Shown here: positions 43,266-52,923 of the stretch, piece by piece | Layout of the letters: each line of letters opens with the position of its first letter | How positions within the stretch are numbered: the first letter of the stretch is position 1 | DNA from: Nitrospirales bacterium | GTDB taxonomy: Bacteria; Nitrospirota; Nitrospiria; Nitrospirales; UBA8639 | DNA: 64,000 nt | Assembly: GCA_965203295.1 (NCBI GenBank) | Contig: CBDBCZ010000019.1 | Coordinates: 992,001-1,056,000 of the forward strand | Direction of reading: 5' to 3' | Notes under the pieces: generated by a model | Seen by the model: the letters and a program-made list of their open reading frames with translations, nothing else | The model's database searches: none | What the model was told of the DNA's origin: nothing | Position numbers and translations under genes: made by a program

Positions 43266-43295
43266 TTGACAACCGAAAAAAATGGTTGTTATATT
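43266..43295 (+). promoter_or_regulatory. sigma70 promoter candidate for the cytochrome c gene
   Basis: TTGACA (43266-43271), 18-bp spacer, extended -10 TGnTATATT. Confidence 0.6.
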
Positions 43296-43423
43296 CCGCC
43301 CGTTTTCCTCTTTGAAAAAAAGAGAAAAGATACGGTATGATAAAGATGAGTGTTCTTCCGCTCGTGATACTAGAGGTTTTGTGTTCTCGTTTTAGGGATT
43401 ACTATTCATAAAGGAGGAATTGC

Positions 43424-43906
43424 ATGAAGCGGTATGTTGCTCTCTTAAGTTTATTGACTGCCTTTATATTCGTCAGTGGTGATTTGGCCTTTGCTGGTGC
43501 CGAAAAAGATCCTTTAAAGGCACGGGTTCCGAAAGAGCATCGTGGGAAAGCCAAGAAAATGAAGCCACCTGCCGCCCTTTATAAGAAATCCAAGAGGGCA
43601 TCTGCTGACATTGTGGCTGCAGGGAAAAAGTTGTTCGAGGGCAAAGGGACGTGTTTTAACTGCCATGGGAAGTCTGGAAAAGGCGATGGGCCAGCGGGAA
43701 AAATCCTCAATCCTGGACCCCGGGACTTTACGAATTGCAAATTCCATAAGAAACGGAAAGATGGCGAGCTATTCTGGATCATTAAAAACGGCAGTCCCGG
43801 AACAGGCATGGTGCCTTTGATTCCAAGCGCGATTACAGAAGAGGAAGCCTGGAAGGTGATTGCGTACGAACGGAGTTTCTGTAAAAAATGGATAAAGAAG
43901 AAGTAA
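43424..43906 (+). CDS. periplasmic monoheme cytochrome c (Lys-rich)
   Basis: AAGGAGG RBS, signal peptide, CFNCH heme motif, GSPGTGM distal Met, two extra Cys. Confidence 0.93.
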   Translation: MKRYVALLSLLTAFIFVSGDLAFAGAEKDPLKARVPKEHRGKAKKMKPPAALYKKSKRASADIVAAGKKLFEGKGTCFNCHGKSGKGDGPAGKILNPGPRDFTNCKFHKKRKDGELFWIIKNGSPGTGMVPLIPSAITEEEAWKVIAYERSFCKKWIKKK

Positions 43907-43970
43907 GAAGTCGATATCAAGTAAGAATCGCAGGGTCTAAACATTGACCTTGGGTAGTGAGGAACCAAGC

Positions 43971-44009
43971 AAACCCCCGTAGAGAAACCTCTTTTCGGGT
44001 TTTTTTTTG
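43971..44009 (+). terminator. probable Rho-independent terminator after the cytochrome c gene
   Basis: AAACCC...AGAG-AAAC-CTCT...GGGTTT stem followed by a long T run. Confidence 0.6.
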
Positions 44010-44211
44010 ACTTCTTGTTTTTGTAAATTGAGGTCAGAACGATTACGAGATTTCTTGATTGTCAGGTGCTGGCGATCTTTCGAGATTTCAGGATTGGGCC
44101 AGAGGCAGACTAAGATCAATCAGTCAATTTGACAGGCCAGGGAAGCGTTTACTAAACTTTAAAGTTATAATATGAGACCTGTTATGACCTGAGAGGAGGC
44201 TTTTTCAACTG

Positions 44212-44415
44212 ATGAGAAAATCTCGCACGCTCGAAGAGGATAAAACCTCATTGCACAAAAAAGTGGGTGAACAACGGAATGAGGACCTGGGGGCTGAGGA
44301 GAGTCTGGCCCTCAGAAGACTTCTAAAACGGTTGAAACTCGTCCAACGAAAGCTGCGCCTCCGAGTAGCCCGAAAAGCTCAATCCGCCGGAAAGAAGGCG
44401 GCTTCTGCATCGTAA
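44212..44415 (+). CDS. small basic helical hypothetical protein
   Basis: GAGGAGG upstream; TTGACA-N18-TAAACT promoter-like site at 44129-44158; Arg/Lys-rich C-terminal half. Confidence 0.6.
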   Translation: MRKSRTLEEDKTSLHKKVGEQRNEDLGAEESLALRRLLKRLKLVQRKLRLRVARKAQSAGKKAASAS

Positions 44416-44512
44416 TAATTTGGCCCGGAATGAACTAACTCAAGATAGGAGCTTCAGAAATCGCTTCACTAACCATAGTGCGACAGTGGAGGTGAAAGGG
44501 AGACTGTGAACC

Positions 44513-45391
44513 ATGAGTAACGATGTGAACAAATCCGATGTGAACAAATCCATGGAAGAGCCGGAAGAGAGAGAAGAAGGATCTGAAGAGACCGAAATCA
44601 GCGATGAGTTCGTGGACGAAATTTCTGATTCCTTGGTCGATGATTCGGAATCCGTGCCTACCGAAGTGGCCTCTGCTGAAGGAACGGAAGGGGAAAGTGA
44701 GGAAGAGTCCGTCGAACAAGAACTAGAAGAAGACAAGATTAAGGATGAGATTGATATTCAGATCGATCTTCTCCAGGATACCGACTGGGTCGTTCGTCGC
44801 GAAGCCGTCATCACATTGGGGGAAATGGCTGATGAGCGGTGCGTCGAACCCTTGGTCAGGTGCTTGCGGGACGGTGATTGGCAAGTCAAAGAAGCCGCAG
44901 TTGACGCGTTAGCTGAAATTGGCTCTCCTGCCGTTGAAATGCTTATCCGGTACATTCGGGATTGGGAAGCTCGAAAATATGTCATTTGGACCATGGGGAA
45001 AATCAATGACGAACGTGTGTTGGATCCACTCATCTCGATGTTACGAAATGATGAATTCAAAGATGATGCGACTCGGGCTTTAGTCGAGCTCGGAAAGCCG
45101 GCGGTGGAACATCTGATTGTGTGTCTCACTGATAAAGAAGACTTTGTGAAGAAGCAAGCTATTCTTGCCTTAGGAGATATCCAAGATCCAGCGGCAGTGG
45201 ATCCCTTGATCGCCTTACTCCAAGATCAAGATTGGTTTGTACGGCTCACGGCGGCTGCATCGTTAGAAAAAATTGGTGAGCCACGTGGCCGTGACGCGAT
45301 TAAGCCTCTCATGAAAGACCCAGACTTGGCAGTCAGGATGAGGGTTGAGCGAATTCTGGCGGCGTGGAAGAAACAGCCAGCCAATGCCTAA
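44513..45391 (+). CDS. HEAT/PBS-lyase repeat protein with a highly acidic N-terminus
   Basis: Repeated D-x-DW-x-VR-x-x-A-x-x-x-LG-x-(M/I)...AVEPL motif. Confidence 0.88.
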   Translation: MSNDVNKSDVNKSMEEPEEREEGSEETEISDEFVDEISDSLVDDSESVPTEVASAEGTEGESEEESVEQELEEDKIKDEIDIQIDLLQDTDWVVRREAVITLGEMADERCVEPLVRCLRDGDWQVKEAAVDALAEIGSPAVEMLIRYIRDWEARKYVIWTMGKINDERVLDPLISMLRNDEFKDDATRALVELGKPAVEHLIVCLTDKEDFVKKQAILALGDIQDPAAVDPLIALLQDQDWFVRLTAAASLEKIGEPRGRDAIKPLMKDPDLAVRMRVERILAAWKKQPANA

Positions 45392-45407
45392 CGTCCACAC
45401 CGCTCTC

Positions 45408-45842
45408 TCAAAGTCCGAGTAAGCGATCCACTTCAGCTTGTGCGTAATTCAACGTTTCTTGTGAGACCTCTTTCCCGGCTTCCAGGGATTGTTTGAGTTC
45501 TTCGATTTTTTCTTCCCATTCCTGTGCGAGTTGCTCTCCCATTTCAGGATCTCTCTGAACCGCTTTCTTAATGTAGAAGAGTGCCTCCTCCAACTTTTGA
45601 GCGGCTTCTCGATAGTTTCCCTGTAAAAGCGCTGATTTACTATCAAGGATCCGGGCCTTGCCTTCCAAGAATTCGTGTTGCTGGAACAATTCCTCTTGGG
45701 TGACGCCCAAGGTTTTTTGCATAACATCATTCGAGAGCGTTTTGAGTTGATGTTGGACTTCACCTGGTGGTTGCTGCCCAACATAGTGTCCAGCCCAAAA
45801 AACTCCCCCTAAGATGACTATCTGTAGAACAAGTTTCCACAT
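45408..45842 (-). CDS. hypothetical membrane-anchored helical protein
   Basis: N-terminal hydrophobic anchor; GGAGG upstream; helical composition. Confidence 0.65.
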   Translation of the reverse strand: MWKLVLQIVILGGVFWAGHYVGQQPPGEVQHQLKTLSNDVMQKTLGVTQEELFQQHEFLEGKARILDSKSALLQGNYREAAQKLEEALFYIKKAVQRDPEMGEQLAQEWEEKIEELKQSLEAGKEVSQETLNYAQAEVDRLLGL

Positions 45843-46067
45843 AGATCGTTTCTTTTTACCTCCCTATGTATGACATGGCACAACAAAAAACTCCATATCT
45901 TCTCGTCCGTTCGTCAGAACAAGAGTGACATATTTTCTTTCGTCTGTGAAGAGAAGATAGCATGGAACTTGCCAAATAGATGAAAAATCGAAAACGTTGC
46001 AATGTTGATTCGATGGGAAAGAGGACGGAGCGTTTGAAATGTTGGATGAGCTACTGAAGCAGGTACA

Positions 46068-46937
46068 TCAAGCGTTTCCCACTTGGCCAGGATTTTCTTC
46101 CGACATCCTTGATGAGACTATGGCGAACCGTTCCCCTAAAATCCGTGTCACCTGGTTCATGTGCTCAGCCAATTGGTTAGCCTCTTCTGGCTTGAGATCG
46201 CGTTGAAAGCGTGGGGGCACACCCCAACGGGTTTCCACTGCTTCGCCGGAAATCTGAGCCAGAACACTGACCAGTTTGATACTTTGGGTAGTGGTAGACG
46301 TTGGGGAGGAGGGTGTCTGGGCTGGAGCCGTTTCCGAAGAGGGAGATGTCTCTTGGGAAGGCGATGAGGCCTCCTCGGAAGCAGTGGATTTTCCTTCAAA
46401 GAGGGCTTGCATGGCGGGAATCACGGCTCGTGCGCACAAATCCGCAGTAGATCGAATGGCTTCACTTTTCTCGCCCCCAGCCTTAAATACAACCTGACCA
46501 CCGAGGAGCTGAAAAAAACCATCTTTTTCCTTGCTCTCTTCGGTCACCACAAATTTATACCGCTCGTACATGGTACGGCTCTCAGAAACGGTTTTTCCGA
46601 TCGCCACCACGACTTCCATGTCATCGATTTCCGCAGAAGTGAGGCTGGGAGCCACGACCGTCTTGAGCTGTTGGCTGACAGCGTCTTCAAGTGAGTTCAT
46701 GAATTCTGGCTGAGTTTGGACGGGGATATAAAAGGCCGAAAGACGGTCGGCGATGTTAAACATGACTTTTAAAAACTCGAGACACACGTCCCATTCCTGG
46801 GTTCGTGTCCACTTAAGGGACTGGGCTTGGTCGCTCCGTTTGATAAGCGTGACCGATTCCCGTGCCACATCGAGCATGGTCGAGGCCAAGTCCTTGAGGA
46901 CCTTTTCGTACTCTTGTTTAACGCTGATTGTCGCCAT
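46068..46937 (-). CDS. hypothetical protein (two domains joined by a Ser/Thr/Pro linker)
   Basis: 289-aa ORF with a GGAG RBS; no recognisable family. Confidence 0.7.
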   Translation of the reverse strand: MATISVKQEYEKVLKDLASTMLDVARESVTLIKRSDQAQSLKWTRTQEWDVCLEFLKVMFNIADRLSAFYIPVQTQPEFMNSLEDAVSQQLKTVVAPSLTSAEIDDMEVVVAIGKTVSESRTMYERYKFVVTEESKEKDGFFQLLGGQVVFKAGGEKSEAIRSTADLCARAVIPAMQALFEGKSTASEEASSPSQETSPSSETAPAQTPSSPTSTTTQSIKLVSVLAQISGEAVETRWGVPPRFQRDLKPEEANQLAEHMNQVTRILGERFAIVSSRMSEENPGQVGNA

Positions 46938-47026
46938 CGTTCACTCCGGGTTAAAACATAATTATAGCCAAAATTCCAGAACGATGTCCAAAATACGTCG
47001 TATCGTATCCTTTGCTCAGAAATAGC

Positions 47027-47201
47027 AGGGGCTGTTCAAAAAGGGCGCTCGCCTGCGCCAAGTTCAGCAAGGCCGCAGGCAGCGAGGAGGACGAGGCGTA
47101 CAAGTGAGTACGTTGAGGACTCCGATGCGCGAACGGCGCGAAGAGCGCCAAGTTTGTGAGCCCGAAGGTCGAGAACGCTGCTGGCGGCCTTTTCAGCCCC
47201 T
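47027..47201. mobile_element. MITE/REP-like palindromic intergenic element
   Basis: Imperfect terminal inverted repeats AGGGGCTG(TTC)AAAAAGG / CCTTTTCAGCCCCT; GC-rich core with CAGCAAGGCCGCAG, GAGGCGTAC, GTACGTTGAG and CGAGAACG blocks. Confidence 0.65.
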
Positions 47202-47316
47202 TAAAGAGAAACCATCATTGCAACCCCCTTGGTCGTATGCTATACACGGTCATGAGGTACCGCGTTTCGTGGTTTTCCCTCCTTCGTCTATCCAAAAGAA
47301 ATATTGTCCAGACACA

Positions 47317-49335
47317 ATGGATCAAGAATCTTCTCAGTCCAAAGTCTATGTCCTCAAAAAGCCTGTGGGCGAGGAAGCCGCAAAGTCTCTTTCCCTGGAC
47401 TATGCTCAGGCCCTGAATCCCCAACAATTGGCTGCGGTGGAAGTGGTCAACGGCCCGGCGCTGGTGATTGCCGGGGCGGGGAGTGGGAAGACCCGTGCGT
47501 TGGTGTATCGGGTTGCCCGCCTGATTGATCTGGGAGTGCCACCGGGGTCTATCCTCCTTCTCACCTTTACGCGAAAAGCCGCTCAGGAAATGTTATCCCG
47601 TGTCGGCTTACTCATCGGTGCTCAAAGTGACCGAGTGGCGGGAGGCACGTTCCACTCCGTGGCCAATATTTTACTCCGGCGCTATGGTCGATCCATTGGA
47701 TTGGAACCAGGGTTTACGATTTTGGATCGTGGCGACGCAGAAGATTTGATCAACCTGCTTCGTGCTCAATTGGGAGTGAAGGAGACGGGGAAACGGTTTC
47801 CTCGAAAACGTACGATTGTCGAGATGTTCAGTAAATGCGCCAATACTCTCCAGCGACTTGAAGATATTCTGCTCAATGACTACGGGCATTTTGGTGACTA
47901 CATGAAGGAATTGCTGGATCTCGCCGAATCATATGAGGCGGCCAAGCGGCAACGCCAGCTCGTGGATTATGACGATTTGCTGGTACGGCTCAGGGAGTTG
48001 CTGCGCATAGATGAGCAAGCCCGGCACATGATATCCGACATGTATCGGTATGTGCTGGTTGACGAATATCAAGATACCAACCGTTTGCAAGCCGATCTTG
48101 TTCGCAAAATGGCGGCAACGCACGATAATGTGATGGTCGTGGGGGATGACTCGCAGTCGATTTACGCCTTTCGCGGCGCAACGTTCCGTAACATCATGGA
48201 GTTTCCCACGCTGTTCCCCAAGACCCGCATCTATAAGCTGGAAGAAAACTATCGCAGCACAAAACCGATCCTCCAATTAGCGAATTCTATTATCGAAGGA
48301 GCTGAAGAGAAATATTCCAAAGCGCTGTTTACGCAAAAAAACGAAGGGGACATGCCGATTTTTGTGCAGGCGATGAGCGAACATGCCCAGTCGAGGTTTA
48401 TCGGCCAAAAAATTTTAGAGCTTCGGGAGGAAGGTGTCCCACTCAACGAGATCGCCGTCCTGTTCCGGTCGAGTTTCCATGCATTTGATTTAGAAATTGA
48501 ATTGTCGCGTCGTGATCTGCCCTTTATCAAACGGGGAGGATTCAAGTTCATTGAAACTGCCCATGTAAAGGATCTGTTGGCTCATCTGCGTATCATTCAT
48601 AATCCGTTTGATTCAGTCAGTTGGAATCGGCTACTGCTTTTGGTGGAAGGGGTCGGGCAGAAAAAAGCCAAGGATCTTCTGGTCGAACTGCTCAAGACCG
48701 ATCAGCACATCGAAGTTCTTCGAAGCAGTACTGGGCGTGCGGCCCATGGATTACGGCATTTAGCCAACCTCTTGGACGCCATTGGCCAAGCCGGCCCTCG
48801 TCCCCAGACCGATGACATGACTGATGTGCTGGAGTATTACCTCCCGATCCTCAAGGATCAGTATGACGACTATCCCAAACGAATCCGAGACCTCGAGCAT
48901 CTTATCGTGATGGCGGAGCGTTATCAGCATTTGGAAGAGTTCCTGGCAGACCTCAGCCTGGAGCCACCGGATGAGAGTGTGGTGGACATAGAGGCGCCAG
49001 ATCGAAATGATGAGCAGTTAGTTCTTTCAACGATCCACTCTGCAAAAGGCTTGGAATGGCGATGTGTCTTTGTCATTTGGCTCGTAGACGGACGTTTTCC
49101 GTCCTCCTACTCCTTTCTCACCTCCGAGGAATTGGAAGAGGAACGACGGCTCCTCTACGTCGCCGTGACGCGGGCCAAGCAGCACCTCTTTTTAACCTTT
49201 CCCATTAATGTGTACGATAAAATGACGGGTTCGGTGCTCTCCAAGCCATCACGTTTTTTCGATGATGTTCCCTCAAATCTTTTGGAAACTTGGAGCTTAG
49301 TTGAAGAAGATGAAGGATATGATTGGCGCTCATAA
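47317..49335 (+). CDS. UvrD/PcrA-family ATP-dependent DNA helicase
   Basis: AGAGSGKT, VDEYQD, VGDDSQSIYAFRGA, NYRS, TIHSAKGLEW and EERRLLYVAVTRA motifs. Confidence 0.94.
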   Translation: MDQESSQSKVYVLKKPVGEEAAKSLSLDYAQALNPQQLAAVEVVNGPALVIAGAGSGKTRALVYRVARLIDLGVPPGSILLLTFTRKAAQEMLSRVGLLIGAQSDRVAGGTFHSVANILLRRYGRSIGLEPGFTILDRGDAEDLINLLRAQLGVKETGKRFPRKRTIVEMFSKCANTLQRLEDILLNDYGHFGDYMKELLDLAESYEAAKRQRQLVDYDDLLVRLRELLRIDEQARHMISDMYRYVLVDEYQDTNRLQADLVRKMAATHDNVMVVGDDSQSIYAFRGATFRNIMEFPTLFPKTRIYKLEENYRSTKPILQLANSIIEGAEEKYSKALFTQKNEGDMPIFVQAMSEHAQSRFIGQKILELREEGVPLNEIAVLFRSSFHAFDLEIELSRRDLPFIKRGGFKFIETAHVKDLLAHLRIIHNPFDSVSWNRLLLLVEGVGQKKAKDLLVELLKTDQHIEVLRSSTGRAAHGLRHLANLLDAIGQAGPRPQTDDMTDVLEYYLPILKDQYDDYPKRIRDLEHLIVMAERYQHLEEFLADLSLEPPDESVVDIEAPDRNDEQLVLSTIHSAKGLEWRCVFVIWLVDGRFPSSYSFLTSEELEEERRLLYVAVTRAKQHLFLTFPINVYDKMTGSVLSKPSRFFDDVPSNLLETWSLVEEDEGYDWRS

Positions 49336-50248
49336 CCGACAGGGAAGAATATGGTCTGTGCTGGTGTTCATGGCGATAACGTGGGGGATGGTGTTGGTGG
49401 GAGATGGGGAACAAGCCATTGCATCAGAGAATTCGAGGAGCAAACCGAAGCAGACCAGCCCCTGGCCTGACCTGGTGCGACAAGCCGAAGCCATGGGGTT
49501 GCCGACAAGGTTCTTACATGAAATTGATCCGACTTTCGTCACCGTGGAGTTTGCCGATCTCCACACCTATGCCGCGGAATATCATCCTGAAGATCATCGG
49601 ATGATTCTCAATTTGCGATTATCATTCAATAAGGCTGGTGGAGCCCTGATGTCGTTGGACCGCATGACGTACCATGATTTGAGTCTCCTCTATCATGAAC
49701 TTCTGCATGCCTATTTGGATTATATTTTCTACGGCTCGAACCCCCAGACGCTCTCTCCGCAAGCTAGACAGATGCTGACTTTTGCCAATGAACAGCTCAA
49801 TTGTCATTATCGTCTTGTGCGAATTAAGCGCGTGCGTCAACGTCCAGAGGCGATGGATGTACGATGGTTGTCCGAAGATGATGCCTGGGAAGTGCTGAAT
49901 GAAACCTGGGCCGTGTTTGTTGGGTGGGGAATTTGGACGAAGCTGGAGCTCTTTCATGAAAAAGAATCCTTTGGTCAATGGACCCCTCAGCTCAAGGAAG
50001 AATGGGGAACACGATTGGCCGCAGCGAATCAGTCAGGTGAGTTGTTAGGATATTATGAGCCCGATGATCCTAAAGAGCGGATGATCGCGAGAAAACGGTA
50101 TTTAGCTCCTTCCCACGGGATGACGCCACAAGGGGCCAAATTATTGTTGGAAGTCATTTTGGAAGAACCTGCTGACCTCGTACGTTTAGGAGAAGAAGTC
50201 ATAGAATCGACGCAGGATCATCAAGAAAAACTTCCGTGTGGAAACTAA
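49301..50248 (+). CDS. exported hypothetical protein with an HExxH zinc-binding motif (start uncertain)
   Basis: Signal-like segment; LYHELLHAY and downstream LNETWA. Confidence 0.7.
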   Translation: MKKMKDMIGAHNRQGRIWSVLVFMAITWGMVLVGDGEQAIASENSRSKPKQTSPWPDLVRQAEAMGLPTRFLHEIDPTFVTVEFADLHTYAAEYHPEDHRMILNLRLSFNKAGGALMSLDRMTYHDLSLLYHELLHAYLDYIFYGSNPQTLSPQARQMLTFANEQLNCHYRLVRIKRVRQRPEAMDVRWLSEDDAWEVLNETWAVFVGWGIWTKLELFHEKESFGQWTPQLKEEWGTRLAAANQSGELLGYYEPDDPKERMIARKRYLAPSHGMTPQGAKLLLEVILEEPADLVRLGEEVIESTQDHQEKLPCGN

Positions 50249-50428
50249 AAACGTTTGGAAACATCATCTCAGAAAGCGTGTGCGCCAAGAAGAACTTATT
50301 CAATATTTTTCTTGACTTTGTTCATTTTGCGAACCTAGACAAATGCGATAAAACCATGGTAGCGTCAGTCCGTTGTCACATGACACGTTATGAGCAGATA
50401 GAGAACTGAAATAGAGAACTGCAAGGAT

Positions 50429-50504
50429 GCGCCTGTAGCTCAGTGGATAGAGCACTGGCCTCCGGAGCCAGGTGCCGCAGGTTCAAATCCTGCCAGGCGC
50501 GCCA
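50429..50504 (+). tRNA. tRNA-Arg (CCG)
   Basis: Acceptor GCGCCTG/CAGGCGC, anticodon arm CTGGC-CTCCGGA-GCCAG, encoded CCA. Confidence 0.97.
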
Positions 50505-50531
50505 TCTTATTCAACGCTCTTTCCTCTCGGT

Positions 50532-50607
<76 letters not shown>

Positions 50608-50766
50608 ACTTTTTCAATTACGTAAAGAGCACCTCTGATTTTTATTTAGCAGGCAGCATTTTTCATCACCGCGGAATGGTGATTGAGAATCCGCGGTTGG
50701 ATAGTCCCGACGATTGAGAAATTTTTCTTGCTGAATCTCGTTTCAATCTATAGATCCGTTTCAAGC

Positions 50767-51222
50767 CTATAGCTTTCTCCCCTTTTCCCAAAATGTCCGA
50801 ATATAGGCCGCCACTTGCCAGGTTTGGATTCCGCTTAAATGCAACGGGTAAACGGGAGCCATATCTGTGCCGTGGCTCCCGTTCTTAAGTACCTAAAACA
50901 ATTCGCCATCGGTTCGAGCCTCCTGACAGGCCGCCTTCGTGAAGTCACGGGGAAACGGATATTCAACTGAGCTGGGATCTATGTCCCGTCCAAATCCACG
51001 GCCATCTTTCCCATGGCATGTAGCACAAAACATACGACCCTCGTAGAGTTTTTTTCATTCGTCTATAAACTCTTGGCTTACTGGGAAGGGGTTGCGCATG
51101 TATCGGGCTTCCGTCAGTTCCTCTGGCGGGACGATGGAAGGATATTTCTGCTCTTGTGCCCAAATGGAGGCGGAAACTTGTAACCAAAACACGGCTAGAA
51201 AGATCATCAATGCTTTGGACAT
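50767..51222 (-). pseudogene. monoheme cytochrome c pseudogene with two in-frame stops
   Basis: Single frame reads MSKALMIF...FIDE*KKLYEGRMFCATCHGKDGRG...PRDFT...DGELF*VLKNGSHGTDM...WQVAAYIRTF; TGA at 51055-51057, TAG at 50893-50895. Confidence 0.88.
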
Positions 51223-51510
51223 TCGAACCCTCCCTCTCGTGTTAGAAACATTAAGCAACGGTGTATGAATTTGGAGCATTCCCCTTTATTATATCACCTT
51301 GTCGTGCATTGTTGCCTTCCGACGTAAGTTCACCCGCCTTCGCGCTCGTTGCTGAAACTTTAGCGTGTAGGCCAATGACTTCCTCATAGGCCCCACGGCT
51401 GCCAGGCCTTCATAGCCTACACGACTACGCCGGGGTTGGCTAAAGCCGCGGGGCTCCGTTTGATAAAGAATCTTATGTAAGGTTGCTTTTACTCACCGCC
51501 GTATTCCGTC

Positions 51511-52523
51511 TTGGGCCGCACGAGTACGGGTGGGGTCCCATTCGATGCGGTGCCAAACGACTTTAGCTATTCCTTGCTCGGCAATTTAGCATGGGAACTT
51601 GATGCGTGGGGACAGATCCGTCGGTCAACGGAAGCCTCGTTGGCAGATCTGTTATCACGAGAGGAAAATCGACGGGCCGTCGTGCTCGGTTTGGTGAGCG
51701 GAGTCGCTCAGGCTTATTTCGACTTGTTGCAGTTTGATATGCAACTAGATATCTCCCGACGTGCCCTCCAGTCTTGGGAGGAATCGTTGGTGATTGCCCA
51801 TGCTCGACTCAGAAGAGGACTCACATCCAGGTTGGACGCGGACCAATTCGAAGCTGAACGAGCCAGAGCTGCTGCACGAGTCGCGGAGTTCGAACGTCTG
51901 AAGACTCAGAAAGAGAATGAGTTAAGCGTTTTGCTTGGAAGAAATCCCATGAAAATCAAACAGGGAAAGTTGCTCACAGAACAAGTCCTGCCACCAGAGG
52001 TTCCTGCAGGTCTGCCGTCGGAACTGCTTCAGCGCCGTCCGGACATTTTACAAGCGGAACAAGAATTGGCCGCAGCCACGGCGCGAATCGGAGTTGCAAA
52101 AGCCAATCGATTTCCAAAAGTAACCCTAACGGGGATTCTGGGAGTCGCAAGTCCACGTCTATCGAATTTCTTTACCTCTGAAGGGAAATTTGGCGCATCG
52201 GGGTTTGATTTAGCTGGGCCCCTCCTTGCAAAGCTCAAGCAGAACAAGTTGAGGCCTTATGTTCTGCATTGCGACTCGCAAATCTGCGGTATCGTGGAGG
52301 AATCACAAGTTATATTGATGTCCTCATTGCCAAGCGGAGCCTCTTCGAAGCCGAATTATCTCTCACAGAAACACATCGCCTTCACTTGGTTTCGGTCGTT
52401 CAACTGTATAAAGCTTTAGGTGGAGGGTGGTCACCAAATTCATCGACTAACAAAGAGGAAATATTGAACCTATCGGACTCAATCGCAAGTCTAACAAGAA
52501 ACATTGGAGTCTCACCTGACTGA
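51511..52523 (+). pseudogene. RND efflux outer-membrane factor (NodT/OprM family) remnant: 5' part missing and an internal deletion at ~52228
   Basis: WELDAWG, PAGLPSELLQRRPDI and QLYKALGGGW motifs; sequence jumps from GPLL to KAQAEQVEAL in another frame. Confidence 0.85.
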
Positions 52524-52878
52524 TTTCTAATTCTTTATGTTTGCTAATTAATCTTAAAGTCATCTTGACACTTTCATAGTTGGTCGCGGGTGATATATTT
52601 CGAATAAAGAAAACTATAGGAAACGGATTCACTGGACCGTCCTATGCAAGAGGATAGGAAAAGCTTTTGGAACAGAAGCCTCTCTTTAATATCCTTTATT
52701 TTGGAAGTAGCATGCTGAAGTCGACTTGAAATAGGTTGTGATATGGTCGATGCATTTTGTTCTGATCTGAGATCAAGGGGTTTCACAGCTGAGATAATGG
52801 CAACCCCGATCTGTTGGAGATCACACAAGTTGTCACAAACATTGAATTCGAAGCTATGACGTCCTCTCAACTAAATGC

Positions 52879-52907
52879 TTGACATCCTTAGCGATGACGC
52901 TCACTAT
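52879..52907 (+). promoter_or_regulatory. sigma70 promoter candidate for the ABC-biuH operon
   Basis: TTGACA (52879-52884), 17-bp spacer, CACTAT (52902-52907). Confidence 0.5.
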
Positions 52908-52923
52908 GTTTTTTCTCACCGAA

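Noticed and set aside
47104..47316. 71-aa N-terminal extension of the UvrD helicase and the antisense ORF 46951-47151
   Set aside because: Both derive largely from the palindromic repeat element; ATG at 47317 gives a normal-length helicase
52574..52870. 98-aa minus-strand ORF as a real gene
   Set aside because: TTG start, no clear RBS and no recognisable motif; may be a decayed remnant but cannot be supported
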